From Nitrospirota bacterium (lineage in GTDB: Bacteria; Nitrospirota; Thermodesulfovibrionia; SZUA-242), in assembly GCA_003235715.1 (NCBI GenBank), contig QJVM01000236.1:1-53174 (forward strand): DNA of 53,174 nucleotides, read 5' to 3'. Below, one piece after another: positions 1 through 10,421 of the stretch. The position numbers and the translations under genes are program-made. The notes under the pieces were generated by a model. The model searched no databases. It saw nothing but the letters and a program-made list of their open reading frames with translations, and was not told the origin of the DNA. Numbering within the stretch: position 1 is the first letter of the stretch; every line of letters begins with the position of its first letter.

Positions 1-660
1 TTCCACCTCATCGCGGTGAAGGACATGGACGAGGCGGGGCCGGATGCCGCGGCCTCTCAGCATCTGGATGGTTTCGAGGTCCGCATCCGGGCTGTCGAGA
101 AAATCCGAAACAACGAAGAGGGCGGCTGTGCCCTTGAGCTGTTCGCCTACGGCATTGACCGCATGGGGGAGCGTGGCTTCATCCCCGGGTTCGGTTCCGC
201 TCAGAATCTCAGTGATGGCTTCGGACTGGCCCTGGCCGCTTCTGGGCGGGAGGAAAACCGAGGGCCGACGTCCCCCAGCCGTGCCGAGGCCCACGGCGTC
301 ACCCTGGTGCAGAAGAAGGGTTGAGAGGGCCCAGACGATGCGTGCGGCGTAGTGGTACTTGGACCCCTTCAGTCCTGCATCAACTTCCGCACCAAAACTC
401 ATGGAGGCACTGGCATCCAGGAGGAAGGAGGCCCTCTGCAGTCGTTCGTCCTCGTACCGCTTCAAGTGGTAGCGGTCGGTCCGGGCGAAAAGCTTCCAGT
501 CGAGATCCCGGGTATCTTCGCCGGGCGAATACTCCCGGTGCTCTGAAAATTCAAGACTCGCGCCCCGTCGAGGGCTCGAATGGCTGCCGCGATGAGGATA
601 CAGGGTCGGTGGGCCCGGCACTTCATGGGTTCTCAGTCGGGCCGCCAGGTCTGCGTCCAT
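1..660 (-). CDS. DUF58 family protein, 3' end runs off the window
   Basis: Not in the ORF track. Translated by hand from ATG at 660: MDADLAARL...RGASLEFSEHREYSPGEDTRDLDWKLFARTDRYHLKRYEDE, the DUF58 EF..HREY.PG.D...DW signature. Starts 13 nt after the MoxR stop. Confidence 0.88.
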   Translation of the reverse strand, partial: MDADLAARLRTHEVPGPPTLYPHRGSHSSPRRGASLEFSEHREYSPGEDTRDLDWKLFARTDRYHLKRYEDERLQRASFLLDASASMSFGAEVDAGLKGSKYHYAARIVWALSTLLLHQGDAVGLGTAGGRRPSVFLPPRSGQGQSEAITEILSGTEPGDEATLPHAVNAVGEQLKGTAALFVVSDFLDSPDADLETIQMLRGRGIRPRLVHVLHRDEVE

Positions 661-673
661 AACGTCGAACCGT

Positions 674-1690
674 TCAAGCACGCGGGATCGCCTCGATGAC
701 TTCCTCCAGAATAGTGGCGGAACCGATCCCCTTGGCCTCTGCCTTGAAATTCGGGATGACCCGATGCTTGAGAACCGGGATGGCCAGCGCGTGAATATCC
801 TCCTCACCTGCGGCATAACGTCCGGCGAGCATGGCCCTGGCCTTGGCTGCAAGGACAAGGTGCTGAGCTGCCCTGGGACCGGCGCCCCATGAAACCCATT
901 CCCGGATTGGCGTCAGGGCAGACTTTCCAGGCCTTGTGGACCGTACGAGACGGACCGCATAATCCACCGCCGAATCGGCGACCGGAACCCTGGGAACGAG
1001 CGCCTGAAATTCAAGAATGCGTCCCGGCTCAAGAATCTTCGCAAGGGGTGGAGGCGAGCCTGAGGTGGTTCTGCGGACGATCTCCACCTCTTCCTCCTCA
1101 TCGGGGTAGCTCACATCTATGGAGAACATGAACCGGTCGAGCTGAGCCTCCGGAAGCGGATAGGTTCCCTCCTGTTCAATCGGATTCTGGGTGGCAAACA
1201 CCAGAAAGGGCTGTTCCAGGCGGTAGTCAACCCCGGCTACGCTGACCCGGTATTCCTGCATGGCCTGCAGAAGGGCCGCCTGGGTCTTGGGTGACGTTCG
1301 GTTGATCTCGTCGGCCAGGAGAATGTTCGTAAAGACAGGCCCCTTGACGAACTGAAAGATCCGCTTTCCCGTGGAATGATCCTCTTCAAGTATTTCCGTT
1401 CCGGTGATGTCCGAGGGCATGAGGTCTGGAGTGAACTGGACGCGCTTGAAGTCAAGGGCCAGGCAATCCGCCAGGGTGTGAATGAGAAGTGTTTTGGCCA
1501 GGCCAGGGACACCAATAAAGAGACCGTGCCCCCTGGAGAAGAGGGCGATGAGCAGAAGTTCCAGGACTTCCTTCTGTCCTACGATGATTTTGCCGATTTC
1601 GTGAGTTATGGCTGCCCGGGCCTCCGAGGCCTGGCGAACCAGTTCTTCGTCCTGCCGGGGCGTGAGGGGTACTCCTGCACTATCGTTCAT
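674..1690 (-). CDS. moxR: MoxR family AAA+ ATPase
   Basis: Walker A GVPGLAKT, RVQFTPDLMPSDITG, LADEINR, ATQNPIEQEGTYPLPEAQLDRF. Confidence 0.95.
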   Translation of the reverse strand: MNDSAGVPLTPRQDEELVRQASEARAAITHEIGKIIVGQKEVLELLLIALFSRGHGLFIGVPGLAKTLLIHTLADCLALDFKRVQFTPDLMPSDITGTEILEEDHSTGKRIFQFVKGPVFTNILLADEINRTSPKTQAALLQAMQEYRVSVAGVDYRLEQPFLVFATQNPIEQEGTYPLPEAQLDRFMFSIDVSYPDEEEEVEIVRRTTSGSPPPLAKILEPGRILEFQALVPRVPVADSAVDYAVRLVRSTRPGKSALTPIREWVSWGAGPRAAQHLVLAAKARAMLAGRYAAGEEDIHALAIPVLKHRVIPNFKAEAKGIGSATILEEVIEAIPRA

Positions 1691-1820
1691 GGAAATCCTT
1701 TCATTTGAGATGGTTCGGGCGATGCAAAAACATCATTATAGGCACGCCTTCATGAATTGAAAACAGGGCCTTTCCGGTCGGCCGGGCCCTGGTCCGATAC
1801 CGAAGCCTTGTCTATCCCCT

Positions 1821-3449
1821 TTAAAGGGGGGGGTGCGCGGTCTCCTTTTCGAGGAGCGACAGGGCCCACTCCTGTCTTTGCGCCTCCGAGGTCTCGCCGG
1901 CATGCCGGGCTGCCACAAGCAGGGCCCTTCGGCCGGGGATGTGGAAAGGGTTGATTTCCATCAGGGCCCGAAGGGCCTCCATCGCTTCCGAATATCGTTC
2001 CAATTCGAGCAAGGCCATGCCCTTCCTGCCCCAGAGGACCCCGAGTTCGGGATATATCATTAGCGCCGCATCGCTTGCGGCCACCGATTCCTGATATCGC
2101 CCGATCGCCATCTGTCCCCAAATATAGCGGGAAGCCACTCCCGCGAGGGAGGGAGACTGCTCGTAGGCCTTCTGGTATTCCACGGCGGCCGCATGAACCC
2201 GGCCACGCTCCCGGAGCAGATCGCCGAGGCGGACAAAGTTCTCCGCCTCCCGGTCGGGGATGGCCGAGGGATCTTCGCTCTCTTCCGCCTCGTCGGCAAG
2301 GGCCAGGGGGAGGATTTGGTATTCTCCTTTACCGAGGGGCTGTGTGCGAACCCAGCTGCGCCAGCGGGCATCGTAAGCCGCGAAAGAGTCACCCCATACG
2401 GCCTCGAGGGCTTCTCTATCATCCCGCCCGTCGCCGATCGCTTCGGCGAGAGCCTGCAGGGCCTCCAGACCCTTTGTTTCCACCAAGAAGGTCATCATGG
2501 TGGCCACCTCAGCAAAGGCCAGCTGGGTATCCTCTGCAGATTCAAGCTTGGCCACGGACGGGCTCATCGTTTCAAGGGAAATCAGAGTCCCCTCGCTCAT
2601 GCGGCGGCTAAGCAGGGCCTCCGAAGAGGGGCTCAGGTCCCCGTACGCCCCACGCCAGGAGCCTTCCAGATATTTGGCAATGCCTTCGTGAACCCAGATG
2701 GGGGCACGTCCACGACTCAAATGATAGATGGCCAAATGGAGGTATTCGTGGCTCAGGGTGTCCCTCCAGCCATATCCGTGCAGGGTCGCCCTCGGGCTGG
2801 CGATCATCAGCCGGTTGAACTTGCAGAGGCCTATGGTTCCTGAGGTACGTACTTCTTTGCGCGTCAGCGTTGACACCGATGTGAACTGGCTCACACTCGG
2901 ATAAATTTCCACCCGGACGGGGGCCTCCGGTTCAAACCCGAGATCCCGCAATACGGCGACCCTGGCTTTTTCGAGACCCTCAAGGGCCGGCTCAACCAGA
3001 ATCTCATCACGGGGGTCCGCCCAGCTGATAACGAAATGGTCGCTCCTGTGGGTCCGCATGTTTCTGGTCGCGTCGTCGGTTGTGGCGACCAGTTCCGGGA
3101 AAGAGCCTGTCATCCGGTTCCTTTCCATGACCGCCCGGGCTTCGGCGTAACGCCCCTCGAAGAAAAGAACCCTCGCCTCAAGCCCCCGGACGTCGGGATC
3201 GTTCGGGGACTCCCGGTTCAGTCGATCCACCAGTTCACGGGCCTCCTTTACCCTCCATTCAAAAAGGAGCCCGCTCCCCTTGTAGAGCCCCAGAGACTTC
3301 TCCGAAATCCCGTAGATCTCCGTCGCTGTCGCATAGCCGTGAAGAACGCCCAGCAGGGTAACACCGCAAAGAAGGCCGCCGAGTAAAAGTCCCAGCCCTT
3401 TTATGGTTTTGTAATAATAGTATTTATGTTTAGTTACAAGTTGTTGCAT
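1821..3449 (-). CDS. TPR-containing peptidase MA-like (zincin) protein with N-terminal membrane anchor or signal
   Basis: HEYLH (HExxH) followed by WVHEG as a likely third ligand; TPR-like helical repeats on both sides; hydrophobic N-terminus. Confidence 0.8.
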   Translation of the reverse strand: MQQLVTKHKYYYYKTIKGLGLLLGGLLCGVTLLGVLHGYATATEIYGISEKSLGLYKGSGLLFEWRVKEARELVDRLNRESPNDPDVRGLEARVLFFEGRYAEARAVMERNRMTGSFPELVATTDDATRNMRTHRSDHFVISWADPRDEILVEPALEGLEKARVAVLRDLGFEPEAPVRVEIYPSVSQFTSVSTLTRKEVRTSGTIGLCKFNRLMIASPRATLHGYGWRDTLSHEYLHLAIYHLSRGRAPIWVHEGIAKYLEGSWRGAYGDLSPSSEALLSRRMSEGTLISLETMSPSVAKLESAEDTQLAFAEVATMMTFLVETKGLEALQALAEAIGDGRDDREALEAVWGDSFAAYDARWRSWVRTQPLGKGEYQILPLALADEAEESEDPSAIPDREAENFVRLGDLLRERGRVHAAAVEYQKAYEQSPSLAGVASRYIWGQMAIGRYQESVAASDAALMIYPELGVLWGRKGMALLELERYSEAMEALRALMEINPFHIPGRRALLVAARHAGETSEAQRQEWALSLLEKETAHPPL

Positions 3450-3464
3450 GTTTTTGTAAATGTA

Positions 3465-6449
3465 CTACTTTATTAACTGTTCGTAATAGGACTCCACATC
3501 CTTTTCGTAATTTCTGGGGTACTTGCCTTCCCGCATGGCCCTCATGACATCCTCCCGGAAGCCCTTTAGTTCCCGGGCTTCCATCTCCTCGGGGATTTCG
3601 ACGTGACTTCGATCCACATCCTGTCCCTGGGACCCCGGGCCCCCCGGCTTCTGAACCATCCTGAATCCGGACTCACCGGAAGCGCCCCCCTGCATCTTCT
3701 TCTTGGCCTGTTGCAGTTCCCTGGCAATACCGGAGAGTCCCTCAAGCGCACGGTTCTCTGACTGCAGAGCCCCGGGGCGGTCCGCGGCTTTCAGCTGTCC
3801 GGAAGCCTCTCCCATCGCGTCTTGGGCCTGGTCCGCCATTCCCGGCACGTTAGGCGGCAGGAAGGGCAGGTTCTTCAGGGTCTTCCGGAGCTTCGATCCG
3901 AACTCTCCCGTCTTTTCTTCCAACCCCTGCTGTTTTTCGCCAAGACCGGCGAGCTGACGGCGGACTTCCTCGGAAATTTCGGAAGAAGATTTCCCAAACA
4001 GGCCTTCCAGTTCCTCCCTGAAGGCCTCGATCTGCTTCTGACCTGCTGCTTCGCCTTGCTTCAGGTTCTGCTTGACGCTTTCTGAAGCCTCTTCAGACCT
4101 GGCATTGAATTCGGCGTAGACGTCACGGTAGGCACCCTCGAGATAAGGAATCATGTCCTGGCTCCGAGCCGGGTCGGACCGCAGATTCTGGCGTGTTTCT
4201 GAAAGGGCTTCATTGAAACGGCGTCTCTTCTCGAAATATTCCAGAGACCTTTGGGCCTGGTTGGTCTCGGGCTTCATGTGCCAGCCCATCTGGTGTCTCG
4301 GAATGCGTGCCTCGTTCTGTCTTACGTTTTCCGCAACGGCATCCAGACGGGACTCCAACCTCTTCATCATTTGCTGAAAAGCCGCACGGTCCATTTCAGC
4401 GGACGGTCCGCTCTCCCGGGCCGAGAGTTCCCGCGTTTCATTGAGCAGGCCTTCCTGTCCCTTCATCAGCTCCCCCAGGTCCTGTTCAAGCTCTGACATA
4501 TCCTCAAGCATCATCCCCGATGTACCCTCCGATGCGGCGCGAGCCGCATCTTCGAGCGCGGAAAGCCAGGAACTCATTTGAGCAAGAAGCTCCTCCGCCG
4601 CCTTACGGGCCTCCTCTGAATTGCCCGACTTCAGAGCTTTCTGAAGACGTTCCAGGGCCTCCTGAAGGTCCGATTTAGGCATATCCCGGACGGCATCCGC
4701 GTTGACGAACTCTTCAGGCATGGATTCGCGTTCCCGGGCCAGCATCTGGTTCATCCTGGACATGAGTTCCATTATTCTGTTCAAAAGCGATTGCATCCTG
4801 CGTGGATCGGTTCCGCTCTGAAGTTCGTCAAACAGACTTCTCTGCAGGGCGGAGATCTCCTCCCCAAGACCAAGGGCCTTTTCCATATTGAGGTTTCTGA
4901 GGAGGCGGTCCAGGAGGAGAATGTCCCGTTCCAGTTCCGGTATTATCGGCCCTCGGTCATCCGAGCCGTCAATGAAGGGGCGAAGGACGACCTCAAGACT
5001 CGTCTTAATGGAGATCAGAGCTAGGGAGGGAGGCGATTCCAGAACCAGCTCCATCTGCTGGTTCCTCAACAGTTCGCTCATGAGGCGGAGGAGGTCCTCG
5101 GCACCATCACGGAGCCGGGTCATACCCGTTTGCTCACCTTCACGATGCTCGAGATGGTCTCCGAGGTAAAGAACCAGGGACTCGAAGAGGCGCTCCTCGA
5201 GGTTCTCAATGGTTTCCACAATCTTTCTTCTATCAATGAATGACAGGTATACCGAACGGGTGGACCCCGCCTTGGCGCCCGCGACCGAATCGTTGTCCCA
5301 TACGGTTACGCTGAGATGGGCACCCTCACCCAGTCCTTCGTATCGCAGGGGGAGAATCTGGACAGACCCCTCCGTGGTCCTGCCCGGCTCCATCCGCACG
5401 GGAAGTCTGACCTCTTTGTCTCCCCGCAGCACAACCTCGGCCCTTTCAATTCCAAAATCGTCCTCCGCACGGAAAGAAACCTGAACCACAGCGTCCTTGA
5501 GGATCTCGAGGTCTGCCTCGGGGGTCACCAGAGTTGCTTCAGGCGGGTGGTCCGGGAGCATTTCAAACGGCTCGGGCGTAAAGCCCAAGGGGAGGAGGGC
5601 ACCCGAACGGAAAAACTCAAACCGGTATTCGCCGGATTTGCCCAGAATCCAGGCCACGCGGAACTCTCGGTCCGACTGGACGGTCCCTTCGATGGGGTCA
5701 CCGCCCTCCGGAAGGACCACGCCCCGTTCAACTTTGCCAGACAACAGGGATTCCACAGATACCCGTGTACCCGGAAGGGCCCTCAGGGAACCGCTTACAT
5801 CCTCGATTACAGTCTCCGGAAGGCCTGTATAAGCCGGTGGAGAGAGGGTGTATCTCGCGCTGTTAAAGGTGATAGGGGAAGGACGCAGGGCTCGGACAAC
5901 GGCCCGCCAACCGGTCAACGCCCCGTAAGGGTCAGCAATGAGAAAGGCAGCCGCAAAACAGACGCTCCCGGCCAGAAGAATCACCCAAGGCGTCAATTCG
6001 CCCGCGGGAAGCGCACGGGAGGGCTCGAGCTGTCTGGCCGCCTCTGCGGCCATTCTGACCTGAGCCTGGACCAGGGAAAGGCTGGCCCCTCTTTCACTGG
6101 TGGTTTGCGGGCCCCACCGGGAAAGATCCGAACCCGAAACAACGAGGTCCTTCAGGTCCGGGCGTCCCGACGAGAGAAGGCCTGCCGCCGCGCTCATGGA
6201 GAGCCGGGGCCTTCGGAACCTTCTGAGTGCTGCATATACCCCCAGAAGAATCACGGGCGAAACCGCCAGAACTATCACGGCGGACCATACCCGAAAGGAT
6301 TCCGAGACCCGGGCGGGAAGCGTAAAAAATGGGATCAGGGCGAGAGCAAGCGCCGCGGTAAAGGCTGACGCGAAGGCCATTCCCCGGCGCCAAGCGGCCA
6401 GACGGCGGACGGTCCTGACTCTGGAAACAAGAATTGAGGCGTAATCCAT
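3465..6449 (-). CDS. DUF4175-like large membrane-anchored coiled-coil protein
   Basis: N-terminal TM segments, PPAYTG and DDFGI motifs, long helical coiled-coil C-terminus ending YP.NY...V..YY..L; sits with MoxR and DUF58. Confidence 0.75.
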   Translation of the reverse strand: MDYASILVSRVRTVRRLAAWRRGMAFASAFTAALALALIPFFTLPARVSESFRVWSAVIVLAVSPVILLGVYAALRRFRRPRLSMSAAAGLLSSGRPDLKDLVVSGSDLSRWGPQTTSERGASLSLVQAQVRMAAEAARQLEPSRALPAGELTPWVILLAGSVCFAAAFLIADPYGALTGWRAVVRALRPSPITFNSARYTLSPPAYTGLPETVIEDVSGSLRALPGTRVSVESLLSGKVERGVVLPEGGDPIEGTVQSDREFRVAWILGKSGEYRFEFFRSGALLPLGFTPEPFEMLPDHPPEATLVTPEADLEILKDAVVQVSFRAEDDFGIERAEVVLRGDKEVRLPVRMEPGRTTEGSVQILPLRYEGLGEGAHLSVTVWDNDSVAGAKAGSTRSVYLSFIDRRKIVETIENLEERLFESLVLYLGDHLEHREGEQTGMTRLRDGAEDLLRLMSELLRNQQMELVLESPPSLALISIKTSLEVVLRPFIDGSDDRGPIIPELERDILLLDRLLRNLNMEKALGLGEEISALQRSLFDELQSGTDPRRMQSLLNRIMELMSRMNQMLARERESMPEEFVNADAVRDMPKSDLQEALERLQKALKSGNSEEARKAAEELLAQMSSWLSALEDAARAASEGTSGMMLEDMSELEQDLGELMKGQEGLLNETRELSARESGPSAEMDRAAFQQMMKRLESRLDAVAENVRQNEARIPRHQMGWHMKPETNQAQRSLEYFEKRRRFNEALSETRQNLRSDPARSQDMIPYLEGAYRDVYAEFNARSEEASESVKQNLKQGEAAGQKQIEAFREELEGLFGKSSSEISEEVRRQLAGLGEKQQGLEEKTGEFGSKLRKTLKNLPFLPPNVPGMADQAQDAMGEASGQLKAADRPGALQSENRALEGLSGIARELQQAKKKMQGGASGESGFRMVQKPGGPGSQGQDVDRSHVEIPEEMEARELKGFREDVMRAMREGKYPRNYEKDVESYYEQLIK

Positions 6450-6738
6450 CGGCTGAAATTCAGTGCGACAGGCTCTATTCTACCGTGTTCATAGCCAGGG
6501 GGTCCGGGGGGGCGGGTTTACGGCGTGTCCGCGAGAGGCGGTTCAGGGAGCCTGGTGTCCCTATCGGCCGCGACGACCCTCTCCAGGCACCGTGAGGATA
6601 AGGGAAGGGAAACTTGGGCACGAGTTAGGGCCTATCAGGCCCACTTGAGGCTTCGCCGGAGGGTCTTCGAGAACGGGCCGACCCTTCCGCGGAACCGGCG
6701 GCGGATTTTAGAAAAAGTCAGCGATTCCGCAAGGTTGT

Positions 6739-6768
6739 TTGTGCCCGGCCCCGTCCACGTGTTATAAA
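6739..6768 (+). promoter_or_regulatory. Candidate sigma70 promoter for the heme operon
   Basis: TTGTGC-N18-TATAAA with TG extended -10, just upstream of the radical SAM gene. Confidence 0.4.
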
Positions 6769-6778
6769 TATGTTCACT

Positions 6779-7858
6779 ATGATCAAGGAATTCACACCCA
6801 AATGGATCGCCTGGGAGATTACCCGGCGATGTAATCTCAAATGTGTTCATTGTCGTTCCTCTTCCCTGATTACGGACAAGCATCCGGGGTTCACCCGGGA
6901 GCAGGCCTTCAAACTGCTTGATGAGATCGCGGACTATGCCAAGCCCGTTGTCGTTCTGTCCGGGGGGGAACCCCTTCTGAGAAAGGACGTCTTCGAGATT
7001 GCGGCTCACGGCACCCAACAGGGCCTCCGGATGTGCATGGCCACCAACGGGATGCTCGTGACGGACGAAATCTGCGAAAAGATCAAATCTTCCGGGATAC
7101 GCATCTGTTCGCTGAGTCTCGACGGGTCGACCGAAGAGGTTCACGATAACTTCAGGCAGCAAAAGGGTGCGTTCCAAGGCGCGATTCGTGCCGCCAAACT
7201 TTTCAAGAAACACGGGATCGAGTTTCTCATCAATTCTTCCTTTACGCGGAGAAACCAGCAGGAGATACCGAAGCTGGCCCGGCTGGCCAAGGACCTGGGT
7301 GCCACGGCCTGGTATATGTTCATGATCGTCCCCACCGGTCGGGGCGAGGAGATCATGGAGGAACTGATTTCAAAGGAAGAGTACGAGGAAATCCTGAACT
7401 GGCACTACGAGATGGAGCGCAAAGAGAAGGATATGCTCGTCCGTCCGACCTGCGCGCCTCATTATTACAGGATTGTATTGCAGAGGAATAAGAAGGAAGA
7501 GGAAAAGGTCGAGAAGAGAACCCTCAAGTTTTCGACGGGTGGTTCCAAGGGCTGTCTTGCCGGACAGCTGATCGCGCTCATTGATGTGGATGGTGAGGTG
7601 CTTCCATGCAGTTACTTTCCGAAATCGGCCGGAAATGTCCTGAAACAGCCTTTCCGTGAGATCTGGGAAAAATCGGAACTTTTCCGGGATCTTCGCGATT
7701 TCAAGAGTTATAAAGGCCGTTGCGGGTCCTGCGAGTATGTGGGGGTCTGCGGCGGGTGCCGGGCCCGCGCCTACGCCATCACCGGGGATTACATGGATGA
7801 AGAACCCTTCTGTGGTTACGTCCCTGTCAAATTGAAAAAAGAGGTTATCAAGCCCTGA
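6779..7858 (+). CDS. ahbD: Radical SAM/SPASM heme synthase, AhbD-like (alternative start 6770)
   Basis: [17 protein letters not shown] (CxxxCxxC), VPTGRG, RPTCAPH, SPASM cysteines [26 protein letters not shown]; adjacent to hemE and hemY. Confidence 0.75.
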   Translation: MIKEFTPKWIAWEITRRCNLKCVHCRSSSLITDKHPGFTREQAFKLLDEIADYAKPVVVLSGGEPLLRKDVFEIAAHGTQQGLRMCMATNGMLVTDEICEKIKSSGIRICSLSLDGSTEEVHDNFRQQKGAFQGAIRAAKLFKKHGIEFLINSSFTRRNQQEIPKLARLAKDLGATAWYMFMIVPTGRGEEIMEELISKEEYEEILNWHYEMERKEKDMLVRPTCAPHYYRIVLQRNKKEEEKVEKRTLKFSTGGSKGCLAGQLIALIDVDGEVLPCSYFPKSAGNVLKQPFREIWEKSELFRDLRDFKSYKGRCGSCEYVGVCGGCRARAYAITGDYMDEEPFCGYVPVKLKKEVIKP

Positions 7859-7975
7859 TGTCCCCTAATCCGTACGTGCCGGCCCGTAACCCCGCGTGAA
7901 ACATTCCGGTCACGTGTCTTCCCCCGGCCGTTTGGGGGCTTTTCTGGCCATCAATACATTTCTTTGGAGGGTTTC

Positions 7976-9013
7976 ATGGATTATCCGTTTCTGAGAGCGT
8001 GCCGAAGGAAGGAAACTGATTATACGCCTGTCTGGATCATGAGGCAGGCGGGACGTTACCTTGAAGAGTATCGGGAGGTCCAAAAGAAAGCCGACTTCAT
8101 GACGGTGTGCAAGACACCGGACCTGACGGTGGAGGTTACGCTTCAGCCTATTCGAATTCTGGGCGTGGATGCCGCCATACTCTTTTCGGACATATTGACC
8201 CCGGTTGAGACGATGGGGCTCAAACTCCAGTTCATCAAGGGAAAGGGTCCGGTACTGGAACCCCCTGTGAAATCCATGCAGGCTGTAGACCGCCTCGGGA
8301 TTCCCGACCCTGAGGATGATCTCGGTTTTGTTCTGGAGTCCATTCGAATTCTTCGCAAGGAACTGGAAGGAAAGGTCCCTCTCATAGGCTTCTGCGGCGC
8401 ACCGTTTACCCTGGCCTGCTACATGATCGAGGGAGAGACGTCGAAGGATTACTCCGGTGCCAAGCGCCTCATGTTTCAGGCACCCCACATCTTCTCGGCA
8501 CTCATGGAGAAGATTACGGAGACCGTCTCTATTTATGCGGATGCCCAGATCAAAGCCGGTGCCCAGGCGATCCAGTTCTTCGACACGTGGGCTGGGCTTC
8601 TTTCGCGCGCCGATTACAGGAAGTATGCCCTGCCGTATATCAAGAAGGCTATATCGTATGTGAAGAAACAGAACAAGGGAGTTCCTGTGATCTACTACGT
8701 GAACGGCAGTTCGACCATTCTGGACCTTGTAAAGAGCGCAGGGTCTTCCGTTATCGGGCTGGACTGGCGTCACGACCTGGATACGGCATGGGAAGCCCTC
8801 GGGCACAACGTGGCCGTACAAGGGAATCTGGATCCGTGCACGCTCTTCCTGCCCCAGGATCAACTGAAGAAACGGGTGAAAGATATTCTGAAGAGAGCCG
8901 GGGGCCGGCCGGGCCACATCTTCAATCTCGGGCACGGGATTCTGCCTCCCACGCCCAGGGAAAATGCTATTGCCCTGGTGGAAATGGTCCACCAACTCAG
9001 CCGGAAGAAATAG
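7976..9013 (+). CDS. hemE: Uroporphyrinogen decarboxylase
   Basis: PVWIMRQAGRYL, DAAILFSDI, GFCGAPFTLA, QGNLDP, FNLGHGI; GGAGG RBS before ATG 7976. Confidence 0.97.
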   Translation: MDYPFLRACRRKETDYTPVWIMRQAGRYLEEYREVQKKADFMTVCKTPDLTVEVTLQPIRILGVDAAILFSDILTPVETMGLKLQFIKGKGPVLEPPVKSMQAVDRLGIPDPEDDLGFVLESIRILRKELEGKVPLIGFCGAPFTLACYMIEGETSKDYSGAKRLMFQAPHIFSALMEKITETVSIYADAQIKAGAQAIQFFDTWAGLLSRADYRKYALPYIKKAISYVKKQNKGVPVIYYVNGSSTILDLVKSAGSSVIGLDWRHDLDTAWEALGHNVAVQGNLDPCTLFLPQDQLKKRVKDILKRAGGRPGHIFNLGHGILPPTPRENAIALVEMVHQLSRKK

Positions 9014-9047
9014 TGCTCCAAGGCGTTAAGAAAGGCGGATACCGACC

Positions 9048-10421
9048 ATGAAGGTTGTGATCGCCGGGGCCGGGATTTCCGGACTAGCCACCGCCTATGC
9101 CCTTCTCGAACGTGTGCCCGAACTGGATGTGCGCGTTTTCGAGTCCGAGCAGGTTTCCGGAGGAAAGATCCGTACGGAAAGGACACCCGACGGGTTTCTG
9201 TGCGAATGGGGCGTCAACGCCTTTCTGGATAACAAGCCCAAAACGCTGGAACTTGCGGGAAGGCTGGCCCTTGAACCTCTCCGGAGTTACGACGCGTCGC
9301 GCAAACGCTATATCTATTCTGAAGGCGTACTCCACCGTCTTCCGGAATCGCCCCCGTCTTTTTTCCTTTCGAACTTTCTCAGCCTTCGGGGCCGCCTGAG
9401 GATTCTCGGGGAAATATTTACTCCCCGGGGGACGGACCCGGATGAAACCCTCGCCGAGTTCGCCATTCGCAGACTCGGTCGCGAGGCCTTTGAGAAGATG
9501 ATCGATCCCATGGCCTCCGGGGTATACGCCGGTGATGCCGGGGCCCTCAGCCTCAAGAGCTGCTTTCCGCGCATCTACGAGATTGAGCAGGAGTACGGAA
9601 GTCTGATCCGCGGCCTGATTGCACTTCAGAAGAGAGCGCGAAAAGAGGGAAAAACCGATAAACCCAGCGCAGGGCCGGGCGGGAAGCTTACCTCGTTTGC
9701 CGAAGGCATGGGAAGTCTTGTGTCTGCACTTTGCGAGACCCTGGGAAGCAGGGTGTGCACGGGCCAGGGGGTGGTTCGGGTTGAGCCTGAAGGAAAGACC
9801 TGGGCTGTGGAACTTTCGGGAGGGGAGGTGGTTCGGGCAGACGCGGTGGTTCTGGCCGTTCCGGCCTATGCGGGCCGAGAAATCCTTTCGGAAGTCTGCC
9901 CCAGGATTGGCGGGATTCTGGACCGTATTCCCTATCCGTCCCTGGCGATTTGCAGTCTCGGGTACAGAAAGGAGAAGATATCCCATTCGCTGGACGGGTT
10001 TGGGTTTCTGGTTCCCTCGAGAGAAGGTCGGAAGGTTCTGGGTACTCTCTGGGATACGAGTATTTTTCCCAATCGCGCCCCCGCGGGGTACATCATGCTC
10101 CGTAGCATGGTCGGCGGTGCCAGGGCGTCGGACCTGGCGCTATTAAGCGAGGATCGTATTGTGGATCTGGTCCGTGAGGAATTGAAGACTATTATGGGGA
10201 TAGAGGCTTTGCCCGACTTTGTGCGTGTATACAGGCATGAAAAGGCCATACCGCAGTATCTCCGGGGGCATGCCGAGGGATTGTCAGCGATTCAGAAGGA
10301 ATTGACCGGGCTGAGCGGACTCTACATGACCGGCAATGCCTTCAGGGGCGTGGCCCTGAATGACTGTGTGACGAATGCCTTCCTGTCTGCGAAAGATATT
10401 TCAGCCTATTTAATGACATAA
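9048..10421 (+). CDS. hemY: HemY-family proto/coproporphyrinogen oxidase
   Basis: FAD motif GAGISGL, GGKIRT, GVYAGD, GFGFLVP, AIPQY, GVALNDC. Confidence 0.92.
   Translation: MKVVIAGAGISGLATAYALLERVPELDVRVFESEQVSGGKIRTERTPDGFLCEWGVNAFLDNKPKTLELAGRLALEPLRSYDASRKRYIYSEGVLHRLPESPPSFFLSNFLSLRGRLRILGEIFTPRGTDPDETLAEFAIRRLGREAFEKMIDPMASGVYAGDAGALSLKSCFPRIYEIEQEYGSLIRGLIALQKRARKEGKTDKPSAGPGGKLTSFAEGMGSLVSALCETLGSRVCTGQGVVRVEPEGKTWAVELSGGEVVRADAVVLAVPAYAGREILSEVCPRIGGILDRIPYPSLAICSLGYRKEKISHSLDGFGFLVPSREGRKVLGTLWDTSIFPNRAPAGYIMLRSMVGGARASDLALLSEDRIVDLVREELKTIMGIEALPDFVRVYRHEKAIPQYLRGHAEGLSAIQKELTGLSGLYMTGNAFRGVALNDCVTNAFLSAKDISAYLMT

Noticed and set aside
16-662. Several short plus-strand ORFs at the window start
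   Set aside because: The real gene is the minus-strand DUF58 CDS, which the track missed because its stop lies outside the window.
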